The notes under the pieces: generated by a model
Told to the model about the DNA's origin: nothing
Seen by the model: the letters and a program-made list of their open reading frames with translations, nothing else
The model's database searches: none
Virus record (IMG/VR): IMGVR_UViG_3300033121_000719
Coordinates: 1-64,000 of that record
DNA length: 64,000 bases
Origin: a virus
Taxonomy: Duplodnaviria; Caudoviricetes
Direction: 5' to 3' (one strand)
Program-made: the position numbers and the translations under genes
Shown: in pieces, positions 39,629 through 50,174 of the stretch
Numbering within the stretch: the first letter of the stretch is position 1
Layout of the letters: each line of letters begins with the position of its first letter

Positions 39629-40844
39629 TGTAAAAATAGTTAGAACGAATCATAATCACTATAAAAATCTTGGTTATGACGCTAAATATAAAAGCGTCAT
39701 AACCATTCCAATAGAACATTTAACGTTGGGCAGTCACGTTGAGATTGAAGTTAAGTGCGATTATTGCGGTCTTATTATAAAAAAAATGTACAGGCAAATT
39801 ATAAAAGAAAGAAAAGATTCTGTTATAAAAAAAGATTGTTGTAAAAATTGCGCCAATAAAAAAAGAACAGAATCTAATCTTTTATTATATTATGTGGAGA
39901 ATACATTTCAAAGAGACGACATAAAACAAAAGATAAAAACAATATTGATAGAAAGATACGGATACGACAGCATCTCAAAAACAGAAGAAAATAAAAAGAA
40001 AATATCAGAAATATGGAAAAACAAACCTAAAAAAGAAAAAGATTTAATTGTATGTAAAATGATGGAAACACAAATAAAAAGATATGGAATGTGGTATACA
40101 AAGACTGAAGACTATAAAGAAAAAAAAAGAAAAACTTGTATAGAAAAATATGGCACAGATGATTTTTCAAGATCAGTAATTGTTAGAGACAAGTATAAAA
40201 ATACTATCAAAGAAAGATATGATAATGTTGATAATTATTTTGCAACTAAACAGTTTAAATCATACATAAAACAATATTGGATGCTTCTATATGGAGTAGA
40301 TCATTATTCAAAAACTGATAATTTTCATAAAAAAATTTGTTCATATTGGGATAATGTCACTGAAGATATACTAAAATATAAAAATGAAAAAACATCAAAA
40401 ACCGTAAAAGAAAGATATGGGGTTGATTATGTTTTTCAATTAGAATCTGTTAGAGAATCAATAAAGAACACTTCAAGAAATGGTTCTAAGCCTCAATATA
40501 AACTATATTCTATATTGAAAGAAATATTTCCAGAATATATGATTTCTTACAATTTTATTGATGCGCCATATACACTAGATATTTTATTATTTTTTGAAAA
40601 CATCAAGATAGACATTGAGTATGATTGTTCTTATTGGCACACACCAGAGTTGGACAAAAAAAGGGACAATATATTAATTGAAAGAGGGTATAAAATCTTA
40701 AGAATAAAATCAGGGAGAAATATTCCTGAACACGAAGATTTGAAATCTTCAATAAATATATTATTAAAAACTGAAGAAAAATACCTAGAATTATTTTTAA
40801 TAGATTGGAATGAAACTATATATAAAAAAAAGAGAGGTAAATGA
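39606..40844 (+). CDS. Putative homing endonuclease (CDYC N-terminus, KYG/RYG repeats, C-terminal Vsr/DUF559-like PD-(D/E)XK domain)
   Basis: SKPQ...LDI...IEYDCSYWH...DKKRD...GYKILRI. Confidence 0.8.
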   Translation: MIITKFVDVKIVRTNHNHYKNLGYDAKYKSVITIPIEHLTLGSHVEIEVKCDYCGLIIKKMYRQIIKERKDSVIKKDCCKNCANKKRTESNLLLYYVENTFQRDDIKQKIKTILIERYGYDSISKTEENKKKISEIWKNKPKKEKDLIVCKMMETQIKRYGMWYTKTEDYKEKKRKTCIEKYGTDDFSRSVIVRDKYKNTIKERYDNVDNYFATKQFKSYIKQYWMLLYGVDHYSKTDNFHKKICSYWDNVTEDILKYKNEKTSKTVKERYGVDYVFQLESVRESIKNTSRNGSKPQYKLYSILKEIFPEYMISYNFIDAPYTLDILLFFENIKIDIEYDCSYWHTPELDKKRDNILIERGYKILRIKSGRNIPEHEDLKSSINILLKTEEKYLELFLIDWNETIYKKKRGK

Positions 40845-42934
40845 TGAGTAATTGTTTAATTTTACAAACTAAAACAAAAGTATTTTTTGGATCAGATACA
40901 GCTCTCACAACAAAAATAAAAGATGAATATATTAGAGTGAGTAAAAATCAAGAAAAAATATATACATTTAAAAATGGGATTATGTTTTGTTCTGGAAATA
41001 ATTTTTATGTTGATAAAATAGTTTCATATTTTTCTAATGTTAAATGGTTGGATCAAAATAATATATCACTATTTATAAAAGAATTAAATCCTAAAAAAAA
41101 TAAGGAAGTCTTTAATATAGAGATTATTGTAGCGATAATTGAAAAAAATAGTGTATCTGTTTTTCAGATATCTGAATACAATAACTATGACGTTGTAAAA
41201 CTATCAGTTAATGATAACGAAACTAAAGTGTTTTCTGCTGGAATTGAAACCAAAAAATGCGTTGATTTTGCTGTGCATGAATTAAATTTAAAAAACAATG
41301 TATTTGACGTGTATAGAAATGTTTTTAATAAAATAAAATGTGAAAAAATAGGCGGAAACTTACAAGTATACGAAGTATCAAATTCAATAATAAAGCATAT
41401 TGACGAGCCAATTAAAGATGATATTATTCCAAGGATTTCTGTGTATTCAGTAATTGGCGAGGCACTAATTGGCAAAATTTTAGCTGGTAATCAACTTACT
41501 ATTACAAATGATTCCAACACGTTCTATGTTGATGGTTCTGGTGTTTCGTTAACTACATCAAATCTTCAAGGAACTGGAAGAGTTACAATAAATGGACTGA
41601 ATGGAATTAGACTTCAAAAAATAGTTCCTGCTTCTGGAAGTTCTTCTGGAAGTGTAATAAATACATTTTGGGTTGATAGTCAAGGAAACTTACAAATAAC
41701 TGGTAATTTAGTTGCCGCAACTGGAACTTTCAACGGAAGTTTATCAACTGAATTGGGAAGTATTGGTGGGTGGATTATCACTAAAGATGGATTGATGGAT
41801 AATTTAGGTAACTATATCTATAGTGACGGTAGAGTTCATCTTGGTATGCTTGATATAAATGGGTCTACTGCAACTTTCAATGGGTATGTATATGCCGATA
41901 ACTTGGTTGGTCTTATTACTGAAGCTAAGTTGGCTGATGGTAGTGTTACAAATGCTAAAATTAAAAATTTGAGCGCAGACAAGATAAATGCTGGAACGCT
42001 TAGAGCTATCAACATTGAAGGATGCACAATAAGATGGGGTTCAAATAATTCTTATGCTATAATGCGTGATGTTGGAACTGGAGCACTAGAAATATCTTCA
42101 AACAATGTTATACAAATGGTAAATTATAATGGACAAAATGCCAGCGGACTTATTTTAAAGTCAGATGATGCAATTTTTGGCGGAAACTCAAAGACAACTA
42201 TTGGAACTTTATCTTCAAGCACAATAAATCTCAACGGTTCTCTTATGACAAGAGGACAATATGCCCAAACGCAAACCGTATATGTTGGTAATAAAAGAAT
42301 GGTGTTTGTAAATGGATTATTTATGGGTGCTACTGGATGGAATGGCACAACATATCCTCCAACTGAAAGTGGAACTCCAATAACTACAGAACCTAACTTT
42401 ACTTGGACTGAGGGTGGACTAGAGTTTATTGCTGTTGATATAAGTAATGATTGGCAAACGCCTGGCGATTTTTCTAGGAGATTGGATTTATCTTATTCTA
42501 AAATACCAGCGGATTGCTATTATGTTGGTTTAGCTATTTTTAATGCTTCTTCGTATACAACCTTATGGCCTAATCATTTTCAATATGTTCCAAATGGAAA
42601 TTCTTATGATGTTCACACAAATTATAACAATGTAACGCTTGGATTTTGGATTAATAATGATTCTTGGACAGGATTTACAGGATTTTCAATAAGTGGAGAT
42701 GGTAGTGGCTATGAAAGTCCTGCTGCTGCTGTTTATGATTTTTGTAGCAAGAAATCACAAAGTAGTCCTCTTAATATTGGTGATATTTACCTTTCTGGAA
42801 CTATGGAACGTTTTTATGGTGGAGTATATAATTATTTTGAATGGAATAATGATACTATAGATTATAGTGATGGAAGCTGGAATATAGATAATAAAAAAAA
42901 ATGGATGATTTGTGTTAAAAATCCAAACCCATAA
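40844..42934 (+). CDS. Ntn-hydrolase (proteasome-beta/HslV-like) domain fused to the C-terminal part of the tail hub/spike protein
   Basis: After Met removal S1, D17, EKI Lys, CSG, FSAG, IGG; from about aa 200 YSVIGEALIGKILAGNQL and beta-rich spike repeats (LSADKINAG). Confidence 0.72.
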   Translation: MSNCLILQTKTKVFFGSDTALTTKIKDEYIRVSKNQEKIYTFKNGIMFCSGNNFYVDKIVSYFSNVKWLDQNNISLFIKELNPKKNKEVFNIEIIVAIIEKNSVSVFQISEYNNYDVVKLSVNDNETKVFSAGIETKKCVDFAVHELNLKNNVFDVYRNVFNKIKCEKIGGNLQVYEVSNSIIKHIDEPIKDDIIPRISVYSVIGEALIGKILAGNQLTITNDSNTFYVDGSGVSLTTSNLQGTGRVTINGLNGIRLQKIVPASGSSSGSVINTFWVDSQGNLQITGNLVAATGTFNGSLSTELGSIGGWIITKDGLMDNLGNYIYSDGRVHLGMLDINGSTATFNGYVYADNLVGLITEAKLADGSVTNAKIKNLSADKINAGTLRAINIEGCTIRWGSNNSYAIMRDVGTGALEISSNNVIQMVNYNGQNASGLILKSDDAIFGGNSKTTIGTLSSSTINLNGSLMTRGQYAQTQTVYVGNKRMVFVNGLFMGATGWNGTTYPPTESGTPITTEPNFTWTEGGLEFIAVDISNDWQTPGDFSRRLDLSYSKIPADCYYVGLAIFNASSYTTLWPNHFQYVPNGNSYDVHTNYNNVTLGFWINNDSWTGFTGFSISGDGSGYESPAAAVYDFCSKKSQSSPLNIGDIYLSGTMERFYGGVYNYFEWNNDTIDYSDGSWNIDNKKKWMICVKNPNP

Positions 42935-42946
42935 AAGGATAAAAGG

Positions 42947-43138
42947 ATGCAATACATTTTAGATGAAAATATGAAAAAAATATTATGTGATAGTTTGTTA
43001 TATCTTGATAAGGTTTCAATAGCAGGATGTCAAAATATCCTGCTATTGTCACAAAGTATCGCAAGAATACAAACAGTTATTGATGAACTGGACAAACAAG
43101 ATGTTCCAATAAACGTTACTCAGGAGATAAAAAAATGA
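42947..43138 (+). CDS. Small hypothetical protein
   Basis: RBS; 63 aa. Confidence 0.6.
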   Translation: MQYILDENMKKILCDSLLYLDKVSIAGCQNILLLSQSIARIQTVIDELDKQDVPINVTQEIKK

Positions 43139-43485
43139 CTGATGCTGTAAAAAGAATTCCTGATATTCCTCTAGTTGCTGGCGGAAAACAAAGGATTTAT
43201 TTTAATAATTATGATGCCAATGGAAATATAGCAGACATAAGTTCTACTGTTGGCGTTTATGTTTCAATATGGAGATATGGTGATTCTAGTGGTTCAGCAA
43301 TTTTAAAAAAGACTGGAACAAAGACTGGTTCTGCTGTACCATATCAATTCTATATTGATTTTGCCACTAATGATACAAAAGATTTGTATGGAGCTTATCA
43401 GTTTCAAACCATACTTATTGATTCGACAGGCAACGAAATAAGAAATAATACAGGGCGATTTATATTTGACCCTAGAATACCATAG
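43135..43485 (+). CDS. BppU-like baseplate/adaptor protein
   Basis: DTKDLYGAY.FQ pattern. Confidence 0.55.
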   Translation: MTDAVKRIPDIPLVAGGKQRIYFNNYDANGNIADISSTVGVYVSIWRYGDSSGSAILKKTGTKTGSAVPYQFYIDFATNDTKDLYGAYQFQTILIDSTGNEIRNNTGRFIFDPRIP

Positions 43486-43494
43486 GAGGTAGAA

Positions 43495-43911
43495 ATGGGT
43501 GTAAGTAGATTATGTGCAGATTCAGTTAATGATTTGCTTTTAGGTAGTATTAGTTTTTCAGTTCCTGCGACATGGTATGTTGCTTTAAGCACTACCCATA
43601 TTTCAAGTTCTGGAAGTGGACTTACTGAACCATCAAGTGGTTCTTATGCTAGAGTTGCTGTTACAAATAGTTTATCTAATTTCACAACTTCTTCTAGCGG
43701 CAGTAAAGTTAATATTAATGCTATAACTTTCAACGAAGCGACTTCAGCTTGGGGAACAGTTCTTGATGTTGCATTAGTTGACAGTTCAGGTTCAGCCGCA
43801 AATGTCTGGTATTATCAGGCTTTAGCTGACCCAAAAATTATTCAATCAGGAGCGACATTTAATTTTCCAGCAGGAACTCTACAATTTAGTGTTTCAGGAA
43901 GTCCTCTATAA
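43495..43911 (+). CDS. Tail-fibre-associated structural protein
   Basis: YVALST...EPS.GSYARV...ITF...T..WGTV...F.FPAG.L. Confidence 0.7.
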   Translation: MGVSRLCADSVNDLLLGSISFSVPATWYVALSTTHISSSGSGLTEPSSGSYARVAVTNSLSNFTTSSSGSKVNINAITFNEATSAWGTVLDVALVDSSGSAANVWYYQALADPKIIQSGATFNFPAGTLQFSVSGSPL

Positions 43912-43923
43912 AGGAGGATAAAG

Positions 43924-44481
43924 ATGTCAACAGATATAGTAGTTAATGTAATAAAACAGGAAGATGTATGTGTAGATGTTTTATACATTACTGAATTTTC
44001 AGTTTGTGCATTATATCAAACTGAAATGACGATAGATATTGACGCTAGTTCATTTGACGTAATAACATCTTCTTTTTTGAAAATAGTTTATCATATTGAT
44101 ATGACAATCAATAATTTAATAAATTATTTAAATGAAAGATCAGCTAAAATAATTATTCCAGATGTTGTGATTAGCGTTCAAAACAAAATATTAGAAAATG
44201 TAAGGAATAATATCGTTGTATTTCCAAATACAACGATATTTGCAACACCAAAATCAACATTAAAGGCTAGTAATGAAACAATAATATTTCCCAATACTGA
44301 ACTTCTAATTTATCCAAAACAAACAATTAATGTTAGTTGTAAAATAATTATACCAGATGTGGTTATAAGTGGAAGTCCAAGAAAATTTGGATATTATTAT
44401 TTATCTGATTGGGATAATACATATTTTGGCGACATTGACAACTTATATTTATCAGAAATTGAAACATATGATATTCCATAG
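43924..44481 (+). CDS. Hypothetical structural protein
   Basis: Ile/Val-rich beta repeats. Confidence 0.6.
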   Translation: MSTDIVVNVIKQEDVCVDVLYITEFSVCALYQTEMTIDIDASSFDVITSSFLKIVYHIDMTINNLINYLNERSAKIIIPDVVISVQNKILENVRNNIVVFPNTTIFATPKSTLKASNETIIFPNTELLIYPKQTINVSCKIIIPDVVISGSPRKFGYYYLSDWDNTYFGDIDNLYLSEIETYDIP

Positions 44482-44495
44482 AAAGGAGGTTTTTA

Positions 44496-45596
44496 ATGGG
44501 TTTAACACCAAATTTAGGCTTAACAACCTATGATGTTTCAGAGGGAGCATCTACAAAAGTTATTAATTGGAGACAAGTAATTAGCGGAAGTCCTTCTGAC
44601 ATGACAAAAATAGATGATTGGGCTGGAAATATTAATGAGATCATTTCCGTATTAAGAACCTCCAACGGAATAAATCCAGTAATTGGAAGTATAGTATCAT
44701 CTGATAGTGGCTCTTCTTATTATGAAGCTGGCTCTAATAATATAACCCTATATTATGATGGACTTATGATTGAATTTGTTCCAAACACAACCAGCTCTGG
44801 TTGTGTTTTATTAGATATAAATGGATTAGGTGTAAGAAGTTTATATAAACAAAATTCAGATGGAACTCAATCTAATTTAATATCAGGCGATTTACAAGCA
44901 TATCATGGCTATTTATTCAGATATAGTTCTGTAAATGATGCTTGGATTTATGATTTGTCTTTTATTGGTTATTTGACAGGCGGTCATGTTATTCAAGTAA
45001 ATAGTGGTTCTACTGTTCAAAGAAACTATTTAAATATTAAATCTGGTAGCAATATTACATTGAGTTACGAAGATAATACGTCTGGAAGTTTAACAGATAT
45101 TACTATTAGTGGTAGTAATACTTATCATACAATTTCTGGTTCAAGTGGTTCACAATTAGCATTTCAACCTGTTTTAAAATTTACGGGTGATGGTGTAACA
45201 AGTGTAGTTAACTCTGCTGGTTCAACAGTAGTGACAATTACTGCTGGTTCATATAGTGGTAGCTCTACAGGTGGTGGGCATGTAATTGTTGATTCTAGTG
45301 GTTCAATTATGCCACAAGAAACTAAATTAAAATTTGTAGGTGCAACAGTCACCGATTCGAGCGGTAGCACAATAGTGACAATTACTACTGGTTCATCAAG
45401 TGGAAGTTCCACTATTGATGGACATATTATAATAAGTGATACTGAGACATTAACGCAAAGACCAAAAATGAAGTTTACTGGAACTGGTGTGAGCGTAGCA
45501 GATGATTCTAGTGGAAGTACAATAGTTACCATTACTGCTGGAAGTGGTGTGCCATCCTCATCAGTAGATTTTTTGATAGTTCAAATATTTTCATAA
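44496..45596 (+). CDS. Tail fibre protein (short paralog)
   Basis: TPNLGL start; L.INGLG domain; internal GH...LKF.G...SSGSTIVTIT repeats. Confidence 0.7.
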   Translation: MGLTPNLGLTTYDVSEGASTKVINWRQVISGSPSDMTKIDDWAGNINEIISVLRTSNGINPVIGSIVSSDSGSSYYEAGSNNITLYYDGLMIEFVPNTTSSGCVLLDINGLGVRSLYKQNSDGTQSNLISGDLQAYHGYLFRYSSVNDAWIYDLSFIGYLTGGHVIQVNSGSTVQRNYLNIKSGSNITLSYEDNTSGSLTDITISGSNTYHTISGSSGSQLAFQPVLKFTGDGVTSVVNSAGSTVVTITAGSYSGSSTGGGHVIVDSSGSIMPQETKLKFVGATVTDSSGSTIVTITTGSSSGSSTIDGHIIISDTETLTQRPKMKFTGTGVSVADDSSGSTIVTITAGSGVPSSSVDFLIVQIFS

Positions 45597-45606
45597 AGGA
45601 GTAAAA

Positions 45607-45963
45607 ATGGCAACAGCAGTAAAAAGATTATTGTCTGGTTCTACTGGTGGTGATGGAATCATGGTATCAGGTTCAGCAACAGCTACAGCGGTAACTGTTC
45701 ATACCGCCACTTCAAGCACTACACAAGGAACATACGATGAAATATGGCTATGGGCGTTTAATTTAGATTCGTCTAATGTTTCATTAACACTTGAATACGG
45801 TAGTAGTACAACAAATACATTAATAGTTTCAATTCCTGCACAATCTGGATTAATACCAATCTTGCCTGGATTGATTCTTCAAAACTCGTTAACTATAAAA
45901 GCATTTGCGACAACAATAAATAAAGTTGTACTAGTTGGTTTTGTGAATAGGATGACTGATTAA
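45607..45963 (+). CDS. Hypothetical virion protein
   Basis: LSGSTGG...DEIWLWA...GFVNR. Confidence 0.65.
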   Translation: MATAVKRLLSGSTGGDGIMVSGSATATAVTVHTATSSTTQGTYDEIWLWAFNLDSSNVSLTLEYGSSTTNTLIVSIPAQSGLIPILPGLILQNSLTIKAFATTINKVVLVGFVNRMTD

Positions 45964-45964
45964 T

Positions 45965-46504
45965 ATGAGTATAGATTTTGCTCCACATGACATGACAAGT
46001 AATAGTTCACATTCGCCATTTATTGCGTCTGTTTCATCATATTATTCTGGTGATTTTATGGCTAAAAATGCGTTCAATGCAAGCATAACAAGTCCATTAT
46101 CTTATTGGGTTGCTTCAACATCAACAGGATGGCTTATGTTGTTTACGGGAGGTAATAGATATGTTTTAAATAGTTATGCCATTGCCGCAAATACAATTCC
46201 TGAACCTTCTAGGATGCCCAAAAATTTTACAATGCAAATTAGTGATGATGGCGTAACATGGGTTATAGCTGACACTAGAACAAATCAAACATCTTGGGGG
46301 TCTGGAGAAATTAGAGCTTTTGATTGTGCATCTCCAACGGTAGGTAGGTATTTTAAATTAAATGTAACAGCTAATAATGGAGATGGTGTATTGGTTGTTC
46401 AAGAATTGTATTTATATGGAGATGTTGCATCAGCACCTGCCTGTTACTTAAAAGGAAGAAATAGGAATAGGACAGATTTTAGAGGTGTTTCATTATCATT
46501 ATAA
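45965..46504 (+). CDS. Discoidin/F5/8-type C (carbohydrate-binding) domain protein
   Basis: AFN...W, PKNFT.Q.SDDG..W, RYFKL.VT. Confidence 0.75.
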   Translation: MSIDFAPHDMTSNSSHSPFIASVSSYYSGDFMAKNAFNASITSPLSYWVASTSTGWLMLFTGGNRYVLNSYAIAANTIPEPSRMPKNFTMQISDDGVTWVIADTRTNQTSWGSGEIRAFDCASPTVGRYFKLNVTANNGDGVLVVQELYLYGDVASAPACYLKGRNRNRTDFRGVSLSL

Positions 46505-46592
46505 CGAAAAGTGAATTTTATTACAATATATATAGCGACATACAGGTTTTAAATAACTTAAGACCCATGTGCGAACATATTAGAAAGGAGGC

Positions 46593-49500
46593 TTGATGAC
46601 AACTACACCATTTTTAGGTTTAGATATTTATACTATTGCTTCTGGTTCTCTAACCAAAGTCGTAGATTGGCGTAATGCTATAGCAGGAACAAATAGCAAT
46701 ATGACAGATATTGATACTTGGGCTAGTGGTATTAGTGGTTCTGTAACAGGACTATTATCGTCTTATGGTATTTCACCTGTATCTGCTAGTTTAGTTAGTA
46801 CAGGAAGTTTTTCAAGTTATTATGAAGCAAGTTCTAATTCTATTGTGAACTATGCTGACGGTATGATGATGGAGTTTATACCTAATTCCACAAACTCAGG
46901 TAGTGTGACATTGAACATCAATGGGTTAGGAGTTAGGAGTTTATATAAAGTAAATTCTGATGGAACGCAAAGTTACATGCAAGCAGGTGATTTGGTTTCG
47001 TATAGAGGTTACTTATATAGATATAGTTCAGTAAATAATGCTTGGTTGGCTGATATGGTTTTAGTTGGCTATAATCAAGCAGGACACTTAATTAAAGTTG
47101 GTAGTGGTTCAACTGTTGTCAGACCTGTTTTAAACTTTATTGCTGGTAGTGGTGTAAGTGTTACTTACTTTGATAATGTTACAGGAAGTGCTATTGATTT
47201 GACAATAAACAGCAACGGACATACTATAATTAACTCTAGTGGTAGTGCTTTTGTTCAAAGACAAAACTTAAAGTTTGTTGGTGCAACCGTATCTGACAGT
47301 AGTGGTTCAACAATTGTTACTATTACTGGTGGAAGTTCTGTTTCTGGAAGCTCGCCTTATTATTTAAGTTCAGGGATAACTGGAAGTCAAATAAACATAA
47401 CAGACAACAACAATGGAACTGCGACATTTACTGGTGGTAGTGTATTGTTATATGATAACCCATATTTCTTAGGAAATGTGTCTAAATATTATGTATCTGG
47501 CTCAACGTTTACCTTTACAGATGGGGCAGAGGAATATGTTGCAATAAAATATAATTCTGGTAGTCCTTATATGTATAAGGAAACTAATATAAATAATTTG
47601 AATTATAGTGACACGGTTGCAGTGTTGACTTGTTGGAGAGTTGGAAATACAGTACATTCTTTAAATTTGGATAGCACAGGTGATGGATTATCAAATAAAC
47701 AACAAACAACAGATTACAGAACTGACCTTTATAGAATTGACTATAATGGAGGCATGTTAATATCTGAATCTATTACGCCCAACCCAAGAACTGTTGTCGT
47801 AACTGGCGCAACCGTTTATGCGGCCAATATTCCTCAAACTGTGGGTGCGTTTAATTCAAGCACAGATACAATGACTTTAGTCTATCACTCTAGCGGTAGC
47901 TGGTTATATACAAATGAATTAGTGTATAACAATACTCAATATGATGATGGCACAAATTTACAGTCAATTCCACTAAATAAATGGGCAGTTCGCTGGTTCT
48001 ATCGCTCCATTGGAGATGTAAAACAGGTGTTTTATGTTTTAGGTGATGCAACATATAATAAACAAGCAGATGCAGAATCTTTATCAATACCTAGAACGGA
48101 TTTACCACCTGTTATAAAAAGACATTGTATCTTGATTGGTAGGTCAACTATTCAATTAAATGCAACAAGTGGTAATATGGAGTATTTAGCAAGTGCGCCT
48201 TTAGCTGGACAAGCTACAATTAGTCATAATGACACAACAAACATACAAGGTGGAGATTCTGGAAGTTCTCAGTATTATCATTTGAATTTATCAGATTACA
48301 CTATGGCTACATCTTCAGGTTCTATTACAAAAGAGCCAACTGGTTTCTTATATCCTGAATCTGTAATTATATCATATGACTCAACAGCGAGAACGATTTC
48401 TATTTCAGGCTCTACTACAGCATACTGGCAAGGAAAACCAATAAGTGCATTATCTGGTAGTTATGTTTCAGGTTCTCATACAAACTCTGCTGGCGTATAT
48501 TATTTTTATTATGATAGTGGTAGTTTTGTTTGGTCTACGAGTCCTTGGTCTTTTGATAAATTACAGATTGCATATGTAAGTTATTCAGCGGATAATAAAT
48601 ATGGCATGAGAGAATGTCATGGAATAATGCAATGGCAAACACATAAAGAATTACATGACACTATAGGTACATATAAAAATTCTGGTGGAGATATTACTGG
48701 CGTAAATTTTGGTTCAACGACAGCTACAGATAGACGACCCGTTGTTTCTGCTACATCAATATATGATGAAGATATGTTGACTACTTTGTCGTCCTTGACA
48801 AGTGGGAGTTATACTAAATACTTCTTGTCAGGTTCATCAATAAACAGTGGTTCGTTCATTGTTGAAACAGCAGAAATCGTACCTCTCTCTGGCAACAATC
48901 CTTACTATAATTCGTATACTGCTCCAAATTGGGGTCAAACCCTAATGGCAAATAATTCGTATATGAGTGTATGGTTGGTTGCTATGCCAATGGCGTCTGA
49001 TACTACTAGCCAAAAATATAGATATTTATGGATTCAGGGACAGAGCAACGGAAACCTTTCTTCGCAACAAGCATTGAGTCCAGCTTCTTTAAATCTTGGT
49101 GGATTGAGTGCAAGATCACCTGAATTTGTATTTTTAGCACAATTTATTTTACAGTATACGGGTGGAAACTGGAATATCAATAGTATCGTAAATCTAACTG
49201 GAAATAAATTAAATCAGGTTGGTAGTGCTGGTGGGACATATTTAACTGGTGTAACAACGAGTGGTTCAAACTTAATTGGAACAGGGACACCAACGAGTCC
49301 ATTAGGATTATACATTCAAGGCAACTTAAATGAAATCCCCGTTTTATCCACAGGTGGAAGTGGTTTACAGAGTTCTGGAAGTTCTGTAGCGCAAATAGTG
49401 GCTAGAACTAGAGACATATTGAGTGCTGACCGCACTTATTATGTAAATCCAACTACGGGTAGTGATACTTATAGTGGACTAAGTTCTGGTTCTGCTTTTG

Positions 49501-50174
49501 CAACAATTCAAAAAGCAATGAATGTTGTAGGAACATTAGATATTGGTTTATATAATGTTACAATTCAATTAGCTGATGGAACATATGCAGAAAATGTTGT
49601 TGCAAAGCCTTGTGTTGGTGCTGGAACAATAACTCTTAAGGGCAATTCTGTAACTCCTGCAAATGTTAACATAGCAAAATCTACGGGGACTTTAATTCAA
49701 GTATCATATTGTCCTCAAAATTGGGTTATTAGAGATTTAAAATTATCTGGTTCAATTGTAGGTTCAACTACTGGAATTATTGTTAGTGGTGGAAATACTC
49801 AAGTTGGTATTGCTAATATCGTGTTTAACGGAAACTTTATTGATATTAACGCCGCCGTTGGTGGACAAGTTAATGTAATTGGTGATTATAGTATTACCGC
49901 TGGAATGAATTGTCATTGGTTGGCTGGAACAAGTGCTGTAATTAATGCGTCAAACAAAGCAATATCAATAAGTGGTTCTCCTGCAATTGGAAGTGTTTTT
50001 GTACTCTGTCAAATGCTTGGAGTAATTAACACCTATAATTGTACTTTTGGATATATGACAGGCACAAGATATATAGTTACAACTAATGGCATTATCTGGA
50101 CAAACGGCGGTGGAGCTGCTTATTTTGCTGGAACTGTAGCTGGTTCAACTGGAACAGGAGGACAGTATGTCTAA
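46593..50174 (+). CDS. Long tail fibre / receptor-binding protein
   Basis: N-terminus paralogous to the 44496 gene; C-terminal YYV..TGSD..GL....AFATIQKA followed by beta-helix. Confidence 0.8.
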   Translation: MMTTTPFLGLDIYTIASGSLTKVVDWRNAIAGTNSNMTDIDTWASGISGSVTGLLSSYGISPVSASLVSTGSFSSYYEASSNSIVNYADGMMMEFIPNSTNSGSVTLNINGLGVRSLYKVNSDGTQSYMQAGDLVSYRGYLYRYSSVNNAWLADMVLVGYNQAGHLIKVGSGSTVVRPVLNFIAGSGVSVTYFDNVTGSAIDLTINSNGHTIINSSGSAFVQRQNLKFVGATVSDSSGSTIVTITGGSSVSGSSPYYLSSGITGSQINITDNNNGTATFTGGSVLLYDNPYFLGNVSKYYVSGSTFTFTDGAEEYVAIKYNSGSPYMYKETNINNLNYSDTVAVLTCWRVGNTVHSLNLDSTGDGLSNKQQTTDYRTDLYRIDYNGGMLISESITPNPRTVVVTGATVYAANIPQTVGAFNSSTDTMTLVYHSSGSWLYTNELVYNNTQYDDGTNLQSIPLNKWAVRWFYRSIGDVKQVFYVLGDATYNKQADAESLSIPRTDLPPVIKRHCILIGRSTIQLNATSGNMEYLASAPLAGQATISHNDTTNIQGGDSGSSQYYHLNLSDYTMATSSGSITKEPTGFLYPESVIISYDSTARTISISGSTTAYWQGKPISALSGSYVSGSHTNSAGVYYFYYDSGSFVWSTSPWSFDKLQIAYVSYSADNKYGMRECHGIMQWQTHKELHDTIGTYKNSGGDITGVNFGSTTATDRRPVVSATSIYDEDMLTTLSSLTSGSYTKYFLSGSSINSGSFIVETAEIVPLSGNNPYYNSYTAPNWGQTLMANNSYMSVWLVAMPMASDTTSQKYRYLWIQGQSNGNLSSQQALSPASLNLGGLSARSPEFVFLAQFILQYTGGNWNINSIVNLTGNKLNQVGSAGGTYLTGVTTSGSNLIGTGTPTSPLGLYIQGNLNEIPVLSTGGSGLQSSGSSVAQIVARTRDILSADRTYYVNPTTGSDTYSGLSSGSAFATIQKAMNVVGTLDIGLYNVTIQLADGTYAENVVAKPCVGAGTITLKGNSVTPANVNIAKSTGTLIQVSYCPQNWVIRDLKLSGSIVGSTTGIIVSGGNTQVGIANIVFNGNFIDINAAVGGQVNVIGDYSITAGMNCHWLAGTSAVINASNKAISISGSPAIGSVFVLCQMLGVINTYNCTFGYMTGTRYIVTTNGIIWTNGGGAAYFAGTVAGSTGTGGQYV

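Noticed and set aside
39584-41443. Group I/II intron or classical intein explaining the split hub gene
   Set aside because: The insert is fully coding with stop codons; no P7 R/S elements, group II domain V, or Hint C1/HN motifs were seen.
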